Below, piece by piece: positions 46,839-56,929 of a DNA stretch of 56,929 nucleotides. A model generated the notes under the pieces. That model had not been told where the DNA came from. It searched no databases and was given only the letters and a program-made list of their open reading frames with translations. Within the stretch, counting starts at the first letter, position 1; every line of letters begins with the position of its first letter. The stretch is from Chromera velia. Its lineage: Eukaryota. Both the position numbers and the translations under genes were made by a program. The DNA lies in assembly GCA_018398765.1 (NCBI GenBank), contig JAHBMJ010000106.1:1-56929 (forward strand), written 5' to 3'.

Positions 46839-48544
46839 TGATATGGATTTGAGGTACCGGGCTGGTTCCAGGTGTATATATGAAAATCTGCATGCATACC
46901 GAAGTCGGTAGTGGAGAAATGAATTGTGGCAAGTATTTTGAAGGCTGTCGGCTGTGTTTGGCCATTTTGTATTGGCCGAAAACAGCCAAAAAACGCGTCA
47001 ATTTAAAACGGTGAAAAGTAGCCAAAATATGCATTTTCGCGCGATTTCGCGCGCGTTCTGCATGCATGGTGCATGGTTCGTGTTGCATATTATGCAGCAT
47101 ATATGGTTCGGTGACGCGTCTACCCGGCGCACAGGCGCACCCCAACCAAACTATATTATCGATAATAAACTATAACTAAACTATCCGCTAACTGCACTGC
47201 GCAAGCTGCAGGTGCAAGAACCCGTCGGCGAAACGCACAACACCTCAAAAACAAACACAAGAAACGAACCCACAAAAGGAAAATATAGAAACCCAACTGG
47301 GATTCTCAGTATATGCAGCGGCGTGCAGGTAGAGGACTATAGGGGATAACGATATACAGCGATATCGAACCAATGAGCAGTGTTCCTAGATTCAGAACAG
47401 ATGGGACGAACCAGAACCTTTTGACAGACTAGGCTAGATCCGCCCCTCATACACGGGGACGCGGCATGCATAACAAAAACCTCAATCATTATATCGAACC
47501 AATTAACAGAACCATCTTCATGCACTGCCAGTTTAAACAACCGTTTTTACAGGCTAAAAAATATGAGCTGCAAGTAATCACTGTGTAACGACCTGCCAAA
47601 ATGTTCATGCTTTCTCCTACGCAGACACAATGATCGCAAACACACATACACTAGAAAGTTCGGCTCCGGTAGGGCCTAAGCCGCTCTTCAAATAGTATCT
47701 CGCCGCCTCGCAGGGCTGTCGCGCACAGTACGAGCATCAAAGTCCCTCAAAGTCACAGGAATCGCGCGCAAAGCGAGATCCAAATATGTTTGACTGAAAA
47801 ACATGCATGCAAAAAGAAAAGAAAAGAAAAGAAAAGACAAGAAACGTGATCAAGAAAGTGAGTGAAGAGAAGAAACTGATAAGAGTGAAGGATCAATCCA
47901 AAGACAGTCCTCCTCGAGTATCCTCGAGAGATGGTAGGAATGTCACGGTACGTATAAGGATTTCAGTAGGTCAGAACGTAGAACTATAAGCAGAATAATA
48001 CGACAGATATTAAGTGCATAATTTAAGACTCGTATAGGCTATAATAGGCTGTGATCATATCAATTAGCGATATGAGAAGAGAGAACTCTTCAGGAAGTCT
48101 AGGGTCTTGGAGACTAGAGATCTTTTAGAGGTGATCGGTTTAAAATTTTTTTGTTATACGAACAATATAGAAAGATAAACTTTTGTCCACACTGCGCAGC
48201 GGTACACTGTGACAGTGGAACAGGCATACACGTGTATGATTTTTCTTTTTCATGCAGTTAGGCACTTCCATGCGTGCATCATGCAACGCAAACCACCATG
48301 CAAAACGCGTGAAAATATATATTAAATTTTCGGCTATTTTTCATCTTTTTTAACCACAAAAACGTGCAAAAACGCTTTTTTTTGGCTGTTTTCGGCCAAT
48401 ACAAAATAGCCAAACACCTAGCCAAACACAGCCGACAGCCTTCAAAATACTTACCACAATTCATTTCTCTATTACCGACTTCGGTATGCATACAGATTTT
48501 TATATATATACCTAGAACCAGCCCGGTACCTCAAGTCTATATCA
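46839..48544. mobile_element. Pair of ~250-bp diverged inverted repeats (46839-47088 and 48281-48544) enclosing ~1.2 kb of non-coding DNA; long-TIR element relic or two inverted copies of a dispersed repeat
   Basis: TGAGGTACCGGGCTGGTTC...CATACCGAAGTCGGTA...AAGTATTTTGAAGGCTGTCGGCTGTGTTTGGC..ATTTTGTATTGGCCGAAAACAGCCAAAAAA recurs as its reverse complement. The ORF track shows near-identical spurious peptides (KHSRQPSKYLPQFIS) on opposite strands. No TSD found. Confidence 0.7.
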
Positions 48545-48827
48545 TAACACCCGAAAGGCATAGATTACCACAGCTTATGTGATGTACACATATATGTTTT
48601 ATGTCTACATAGGGACTTTCATCAATCAGCCATGCGGCCCATACATATTTTATACATACACACATCCGTCCGGGCCATCTGTGAACCTCCAATTGAATCA
48701 TGCAGTTAGTCATTTTATATGTATGGCCCCATATGCATGCATGCATGCTGCCATGACACTCAAACGGGGGATTCCCGCAGGAATCGGGGCCGGAAAAACT
48801 CTTTGCAGAATCCCTATCTCCATATAG

Positions 48828-49336
48828 CTCTGGAAAGCGAAGCGGGGGGCACTTACAAAACAAAAATACCCCAGCCCATGCACGCTATAGTCTTTCGCCA
48901 AAAATCATTAACCCGGCCCCAAAAGGCTGAATTTCAGAATTTTTCAATTTGCACCATGCAAGCGTCAGATGGTCCGGAATACCTCGGATCGAAAGCGAAG
49001 CGGGGAGCACTTACCGAACACTCCTCTGAGCCCACGCGACTATTCAGCATATACGCCGGGTTGTCAAGCTTTTTTTGTATCGATTACGGAGTTAGGGGGG
49101 TCAGGGACCCCAAAATCACCTTAAACAACCACTTTCAAAATTGTTTCTAATGGGTTCCTAACCATATGTGAACTCTTAAAAACACTTCATTAAGCTTCCA
49201 ATGTGCTATTTATACTGATTACGGAGTTAGGCTCGACCTAGGGCTCGACAACTCGGCATATATACTGAATAGTCGCGTACATGCATGTGCATGCTATGGC
49301 CCTGGAAAGCGAAGCAGAGGGCACTTACCAAACTCT
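48828..49336. repeat. Composite repeat: three direct copies of GAAAGCGAAGC(R)n-GCACTTAC and a 36-bp inverted repeat (49034-49069 / 49243-49278)
   Basis: Direct copies near 48833, 48991 and 49305; GATTACGGAGTTAGG twice (49082, 49217); the inverted pair differs at 4 of 36 positions. Confidence 0.8.
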
Positions 49337-50025
49337 TCCATAGCCTACGACATGCATGCAGCTTTTGTTGTAATAATCTCTCATAATATCCCAAGTCTGG
49401 CCAGATGTTTTTCTGTGTGGAAACGCAAAATTAAAGAAACGAGTTTTTGCCTCAAATACACATAACTAGACACATAACTTCTCACTTTCAAACTTAGAGT
49501 TGAAGTGATGATAGTGATGATGATGTTGCTAGTGATGTTGACTAAACCCGGTAGCCATCATATCCTAATGGCAGGGGACAGTCTGAGTATACATGCATTG
49601 CTAGCCTAGGAGCGTAAAAGCTTGCTCAGAGAGGCCACACTAAGTGAACCAGAAACTAGCAATCCCGAGAAAGCTAACGATATTCGTTTCTCTTCAGGAG
49701 GAGCAAGAGATGCCACCGAAGTATGTCTAAGTTATTTTAATAGCTGAAATTTAAAACGTATTAAAATGTAAAGCAGAAATCATTATCATCGGATCACTAA
49801 TGATATCTAGTGACATTATCATACATTATCAATCAAATGAAAACCCAGTAAGTAACTGTAAGTAATAGACACTCAGGCTGGCAGTCTAAGCTGCTACTAA
49901 GCTACGCTCTGACAAATGAAGCAGCAACAAATGTGTGATCTAGTGTATGATCAACAACAAAGATCATTAGGTGCCATAAAAAACCAATGCAGACGTTTCG
50001 CGGGCTTGTACGAGCGGAGGATCTG

Positions 50026-53000
50026 TCACACCAGACAGACAGGCGGAACGTCGAGAGAGACTCGGTCAGGAGTAGGAGTGCGCGCAGCGGAGAAAGTGGA
50101 GGCATGCTCAGCGGCAGAAACAGGACTGAGCTTGCCCTCTGCAGAGAGGGAGACCTGTCGTTCCACAATCTCAGTGATGGATACAATGCAGATGTCTGAA
50201 AAGTGGGAGGGAGGCTGCTGATGCTGGTAGCGCACTCGAGAGCCCTGCGGCCGTCTCCACATGGGTACAAAGACCCGGGAGTGCAAGGGGTCTTTCCTGT
50301 AGGACCCCCAGACATGCACCTCAATCAGCTGGGTCGTTTCATCGACCGATTTGACGCTGCCGAGAAAGCGCTTTCGAGTATCTCTGGCCTCCCACACAAC
50401 CATCTCGTCCTTTGTTAAAACAGTGACGCACGCAGGGCGTGGAAAAATTGAGGCAGCATACTTTCAGGGGTCGTGAGAGGACAGTACAGAAGTCATCGGT
50501 GCGGACGGTGATGCCGCTTGGGTGTTGAGAGGTTCCCTTGGAAGGATGGGTGGGTGGGTTGTGGAGGACGGACTGTGGGTCGGCTTCCCTAAATCCCTTG
50601 AGAGTGCCCTCAGGTGGGAAAAAAAGACGCAGGAGGGGGTTACCGTAGAGTGGGCGGATTCCGACTGAGTGTCGGGGAACGTGGGGCTGTAATTAGTGGA
50701 GTGGGCGAGTGAACCGGCAGAAAGTTGGGGGTGACCCTTGTGAGGGTCATCTGACCGACTCTCTTTTGCGAATTTCGGTTTGGGTTCTGCTAGGAGACAG
50801 TTGGAAGCATGGCAGTGAGAGTTCACCATGCAGCTCCATAACATCTCCTCTTCACCGCTTTTTGCGTCCTCCTCTCCCTGTCCCGCCTCCTCGACCTCAT
50901 GTGAGGGAATCCCCAGAAATTCCGAATCAAGTTTTTTGAGTTTGTCTGCAGGCAGAGAGAGGGAAGGGAAGTAATCGTTTAGGACTCCGGGAACACAAAA
51001 AATAAAACGGACAGGGAGAATAAAAGTCGTCCTGTGTGATCGACATTTTCAAGCAACAGAAAAAACGCAAAACAGCAATGGAGCTCAATCCCATGACAGC
51101 AACTACTGAGAAACGCGCATCCCGGCTTTCTCCACGCGTACAACGAAAAATGCTGTACCACGATTTGAAACGGGACTGCAAGTACGTGTGCCTGTCAGCA
51201 TTCAATCCAGGGAAGAGGCAGCGTGCAGTGTTCTGACCGACCTGTGCCGCCTCCCCGTCCCCTCCCTCCCCGCTTCCCGTGCCTTTTGGATCCCCTCCGA
51301 CGCTGTTGTCCCTTCTCCTGTGTGGTTTGAGAGCCTGCTTGACATACACGAAGAGCTGTTTGTAGGCACACAGAAGCAAGCCAGAAAATCATCTATCCAT
51401 CGATCCGTCCATCCATCCATGCACTGAAGAAATACCAGGGGAAAAGTATTGCAGGAGCGAAGAGCAGAAAAAAAAAGAACGAATACAAAGAGATCAAGAA
51501 ATGATCGAAAATCAACAACAGTCCTCAGCTCTTCCCTTCGTTGTGGTGAGTATAGAAGATCCAGCACCCGTCTTCTGCATGGGGACAGATGAAGTCCTGT
51601 GAGGCAAGCCAGATGACGAAGGAAAAACAACGATGCAGGTTTGTGTGTGTTCAAGTGTGTGCAGGCAGTGCGAGAGAGTTAAACGTGGATATACAAAGTA
51701 GAAGAAAGCGGTGAAACGAAGAACCTGCTTGGAGTCGACCACACCGACTTTTCGATTCCTGTGCCGAGTTCGTCAGGGCACTGTTGGGCATTCGGACCCG
51801 AAAGGCAGGAATGCGCGCAGCACGAGGAGACTCGGAAGGGGGGGTCTCGGCGTCGGAGTCCCATTCCTTCTCCTCTTCTTCTCCGTCACTCGGAAGGGCT
51901 GTGAGAGGGAAGTGGAAACTCAGAGACGTCGACTGATTCTCAGTCGAATGCTCAACTGAAGCAGCAGGCACTTCAACAATGAGCTTATCAACCTCATCTG
52001 AGTGAAGTTTCTTTTGGGTTTGCGGTTGGAGTTCTGCTGGGAGACGAGGCGCAATCGGGCAATCAGGCTGAACCGGGCGGCTGTCTAACATCTCATCTGC
52101 TTCGTCTTCTCTGTCTCTCTCTTCCTGTCTCGCCTCCTCTGACTGCCAACAGCGAAGAATCTCTGCCAGTTCGGAATCGGCTTCTTTTTTCTTGTCTGCG
52201 GGGGAAGGAGAAGGAATGCAGTCTATATGTAAAGGGAATTGACAGAGAGAGGAACTCGGAAAAATCTATCGTGGAGTAAGAGCACTTTCCGTCAGACACA
52301 TAGCGTCTTACGAGAAAGAAACGAACGCCAAACAGGATGAAAGTCCACTCCCACAAAAACAGTCTGTATGTGATCTGCATCTTCGAGTGAAAGACAAAAA
52401 CGCCAAATACATACACTCCGATGGGTAAGTACGGAGAAAAACTTGTCCCCCACTGATCTCAGCAGCTCGCACACGTACAGGGAACAAACCTGTACCACTA
52501 TTTGAAGCTGACTGCAGGTAGGTGTTCGCATTCGAAATGTATCCAGAAGAGGATAATGAAGACTGGCAGTGTTCTTACCTCTGCCTGCGCCCCGCCCTCC
52601 CTGTCCTCTTCTCCCAGGCTCTACGCATGGTCGCGAACGCTGTATTCTCCTTCCTTCTGCTGTTTCACAGTCTGCTTGCAGCAAATGAATGGAGGGAGAG
52701 AGGGTAGAAAGACGGTGGTGTGCAAGCAGATCATCCACCCATCCACTGATGCAATAAACAATGGCCATCAAAGGAGCAGGAAAAAGGGAAAAAGGGACAA
52801 ATACGAAGATATCAAGAGGCGATCGAAAGTAAACAAAAACTCCTCTTCTCTTTCCTCTTCTGCCTTTCCCTTCCCTGCCCAGATGTCGTCTTGTCGAATG
52901 CTGATGGACGCAGCACCTATCCTGAGCAGACAGGAGTCCTACAAAACATAGAGAGAGCATGTCTTTGCGAGTGTGCATGTGGGCAGGCATGCTGAAAGGG

Positions 53001-53774
53001 GTTCGGCAACAGAACCTAGCTGGAAGCGTTGAAGAGGACAGTCGAAGAACGAAAGAAAGAACTACTGCCAGACAAACTGACTTTTCGTTTCAGTCCACAA
53101 CACAGACTCACAGAATCGTCTCAGCTCGTCATCCGGAGGTTCGGTCCTCACAAACCCCCCACCGTCAGACATCTCCAAGGAAAATGGATGTGCCGACTTC
53201 TCATACTCCTCACCATTCCAGTCACTTCCAGACCCCCAGCAGCCCCAAAACCAATCGAAAAAAAAACATCTTGCTTCTGCCGGACAAGTGCGCTCTTCCG
53301 GTACCACAGACCAGTGCGAGCTCTTCATCACAGCCTGAAAGAAGCTGTGAATAGAGTCAGAAAACTCCTTCCTATTTTCGCGAGACTTCGCAAAAAGAGA
53401 CACACACACGACAAACCTCAGGGACATCAGAGGCTTATTGGAAGACCAAGAATCCGATGAGAACCTTTTCAGGCTGGTGTCCGCTCCTCTCACCTCCAAC
53501 TTGGCCCCGTCAGGCAGCCTCTTGTGCAGCAGTCGCCAGAGACGAACTTCACACATCTGAATAAACAGCGCGTCGGTCAGAATTCCCTCATACTGCTCTG
53601 CACAACACCAACACACGGGATACGGAGGGCATCCATTGTGAAGATCCGAATACACGCAAGCAGGCAGGTGCACACACATGCAACCCCACAGCATGCGACA
53701 CAGATTGCGTCATGCGTTTCCCGGAAGGTTTTTTTTTCCGGCATATCCCACTAGTTGTCTGTACGACTTTACGT

Positions 53775-53808
<34 letters not shown>

Positions 53809-54615
53809 CGTGTGCGCACGCGCACGCGCGGGAAAAGGTGGTGGGAGAAAGGGGCGGGGGGCGACTTCTACTTGATTGTAGTCTCCCGAAAGCATATATA
53901 AGAATATCAGAGCATGAAAGGGAGGGATATGAGTGAAGAGAACGCCAACTCTTACTGACCATCTGTCATCGTTCTCTCCAACACAATTCGCACCGCCTGG
54001 CCGTGTCCTTCTTTATTCTATTCAACAATCTCCGCAGTAGCCTTAGAAAACGCTCCATCCCAATCTTCTGGACGGAGAGGATTCTCGACTTCGTTTCGGT
54101 CAAGGACCCAGGACCTCAAAGCATCTCTGTTCAACGGCTGTTGAATCTGCTTGCGCTCATCGACTTCTCCAGCAATTCGCCTCGCGACTCGCAGAGCTCT
54201 TTCCCTGATTCTCTCGAGCCCTTCTACTTCCGACTTGACAAACTTGGTCCAGAGGCTCAGTCTGCCTCGCTCCAATTTCCCCTTCCTCTGCTTTTACGGG
54301 GAAGCGGCAATGCAATGAGCGCACTCTTTTGGGGCCAGGGACGACCTCAAATTCGACGGTCATATTTGTGTGTTGAAGGATCTCGAGGTGCTCCGAGGGG
54401 AGCAATTCCTCAACCAGAGCCCGAAACGAGACGGCCCACCGACGTTCCCGCATTTTCCTCAGTGCTCCAGAGAGCCAGAGACAAGGACACAGGCAGAAGC
54501 TTGGGACCATTCATTTGTCACAAATTCACACGATATCAAGGTAAGCGCTCTGTCATGCGAGACACTCACTCGGAAAGCCTTTTGCGGTGAGGACCAAATT
54601 AAAGGAGACGCTCAT
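50026..54615 (-). pseudogene. Decayed multi-exon gene of unknown family with an internal ~1.25-kb duplication and in-frame stops
   Basis: Phase-compatible GT-AG exons (e.g. ..RTMTD|EQYEGILTDALFIQMCEVRLWRLLHK..; DKKKEADSELAEI.. from 52195; DKLKKLDSEFLGI.. from 50945). In-frame TAG at 54018-54020, TAG at 52621-52623, TGA at 50464-50466. The 5' end (ATG 54615) is tentative. Confidence 0.55.
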
Positions 54616-55118
54616 CGTGACGCACCGAGACGCTGGTTGGAATTGATGGCGGGATTCAATCTACTTGAAGGCGGTGCAGTGACAACGAAACCGTTGACTT
54701 CAACACACTTTCGCGCCTGCCCCGCATCCCATTTCGAGCGCTGATGTTTTCTCAATTAGTGAGACGTAGTATGATCGTGGTCGGTGTGCTTCTGAATGTG
54801 GTGACACACTGTGGTCATGCATGTGTGGTCCTTGGTTGCCGTCTCTCTGCACTTTCATTCATGCGCGCAAAACGCGCGACGCGCGGATAGCTCTTTTTTT
54901 TCTGTGTTTTTTTTTTCTTTCGCTTGCATGTATGCATGCCTTGCATAAATGGACTCCATACTATGAGTCCATAGCTAGAGTCCATACACGGTCTCTGATA
55001 TCCTGGCAGCCCTTGGTTCGTCTGAAGTGCGTGTTCTGCATCCATGCCAGTCTTCCTTCGCGTCCATCCACGACCCCTACCTTGCTTTTCTTCTGCTGGG
55101 CCGTTGGACTGACCGCAT

Positions 55119-56081
55119 ATGAGGCCAGTCTCCGTCTCCCTACTGTCGCTGCTGTGCGCATGCGGCAGCACAGCTCTTCAGCTCTCTCTGCAAGGTGAGA
55201 AGCCGGTAGAGGTCGAGGTCATCCCCTATTGCATCAAAGATACTGACGAGGGGGAAACCATGGTCTCGACTTTTCGTGGAGACCAGCCACGATTGTTTTT
55301 TCAAAAGACAGTGACGCTGGATGTCGACAAACTGTTCAAAAACAAATACGCAATGGGAGAGGACTTTGCGGTGGAAATGGACACTGATTACATAGAGTCG
55401 TCTCCACAGATGGAGTCGATTCTTGGGGAGTCATCGGATGTGATGAAATTCGTGAATGACCATGCAGGTACTCAGAGAGAGGCAGAGCTGGACATCAAGC
55501 CAGTCCTCTCTTATGCTTTGTTGATCGACAACAAAATTGCCATGTGGGACGGGTACGGAAATTTGTACAGTGATGACATTGGAGGAAAGATAGACAGAAA
55601 GTCCTATCAGTCTGTGATTGCGCTCCTCCGCACAGAGGGAATAAACCCGCAACTTCCTGATGAGCCTCAACTTCACACAGTTGAACTTTTCCGACTCAGC
55701 GTAAGGGGGGGTGGCTTCACAAGAGTAGCTGACAAGAAGACCCTGAAGGTCGCGACTGTTCCCACAAAAAGTTATCAAGCTGGGAAGCTGGTAAACCGAG
55801 TTATGAATCCAGCCCGCTCGGAAGCCTTCCAAGACCTCATTTCGACTTACTCCCAGCTCATACAACCCGGCGTCTTCCCGACCCTCCCCGTACTGGTCCT
55901 GAAGGTCAATGGCAAACTTACACAGTCTCCCGTTCTGGTATACAACTTGAATCTGCGACCAGGGAAGCTACATGCTGCCTACTTCAGCCTAGAGGACACA
56001 ACGTTCGAGAACCTGCTGAAGTCCAATCCTGTGTTGGAAGCACTGAAAGATATCAACTACCAGAGTGCGATATCGACATGA
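55119..56081 (+). CDS. Intronless 320-aa hypothetical protein with N-terminal signal-peptide-like segment
   Basis: Uninterrupted ORF with globular composition and no low-complexity tracts; MRPVSVSLLSLLCACGSTA is a hydrophobic leader; TGA stop. Confidence 0.8.
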   Translation: MRPVSVSLLSLLCACGSTALQLSLQGEKPVEVEVIPYCIKDTDEGETMVSTFRGDQPRLFFQKTVTLDVDKLFKNKYAMGEDFAVEMDTDYIESSPQMESILGESSDVMKFVNDHAGTQREAELDIKPVLSYALLIDNKIAMWDGYGNLYSDDIGGKIDRKSYQSVIALLRTEGINPQLPDEPQLHTVELFRLSVRGGGFTRVADKKTLKVATVPTKSYQAGKLVNRVMNPARSEAFQDLISTYSQLIQPGVFPTLPVLVLKVNGKLTQSPVLVYNLNLRPGKLHAAYFSLEDTTFENLLKSNPVLEALKDINYQSAIST

Positions 56082-56636
56082 TCCTCGGAGGATCGACGTT
56101 TCTCTGGCTGTTTTCGATTCGGGTTGAAAGGACAGAAAACAAAACAATAATTCAGGGCGACAATGGCAGAATCAACGAATGAAATGCGCTCCGATCAGGA
56201 AGCTTCCCTCCCTCACGAGAATTCACCGATTACTTCTCAACAGAATTAAACCATATACTTACCTTCCCTTCCAGCAGATGGATTGTGAGAAAGACCTAAA
56301 CGCCAATTTTCTTTTTATTTTCGGATTCTGCTGACAGACACACAACATGATGTCAGGAAGAGATCTCTGAATACACACTGAGAAAGAAAATACCATGCAG
56401 CAAAGTCTTCATCACATCGACTGACACAGTGCAACATAAGGCAAGAAGACAGCTGGAGCACACTCTAAATGCCGGTCGAGATACACACGCACGCACACAC
56501 ACGCACACACAGACAACCCTAGAGACAGGCGTACTGTTTGACAGGCAGACAGTCAGTCAGTCAGATTGGCAGACAGGCAGACAGATAGACAGACTGCATG
56601 CTAGACAGACTGTGTCAGACAGCTAGTTTGTTGCCT

Positions 56637-56929
<293 letters not shown>

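Noticed and set aside
47700..49920. Solo LTR or LTR pair
   Set aside because: No TG...CA pair with TSD, primer-binding site or polypurine tract could be identified.
2136..54290. Ciliate-like reassignment of TAA/TAG (or TGA), suggested by several in-frame stops
   Set aside because: Exon ORFs of 500-900 codons contain no in-frame stops, genes end in both TAG and TGA, and the lesions involve all three stop codons plus frameshifts. This fits decay rather than a variant code.

Overview
Eukaryotic, intron-rich genomic DNA. GT-AG introns (donors often GTCAGT or GTGAG, acceptors often TGCAG) are loaded with microsatellites, TGCATGCA is abundant, and proteins carry long G/E/S-rich insertions. This style suggests a chromerid alveolate such as Chromera velia; that is inference, not a database result. 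Genes in order: the 3' part of a membrane-protein gene (+); a TPR gene (-) split by one in-frame TAA; a three-exon DUF1308/C7orf25-like gene (-); a divergent ~23-kb USP9X/USP24/USP34-type deubiquitinase (+) with a Ubl domain and candidate Tudor-like domains at both ends; an ~11-kb receptor-like gene (-) joining a GABA-B/ANF-type Venus-flytrap domain, cysteine-rich repeats and ~9 TM helices, carrying two frameshifts; a decayed, internally duplicated gene (-); and an intronless secreted-protein ORF (+). Intergenic DNA holds two non-autonomous hAT-like elements with TIRs and 8-bp TSDs, a perfect 47-bp foldback and long diverged inverted repeats. A duplicated CAG|GT acceptor inside the USP catalytic domain is a candidate recursive splice site. 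No rRNA, tRNA or CRISPR array was recognised. Exon boundaries were read by eye and not all internal exons are resolved.
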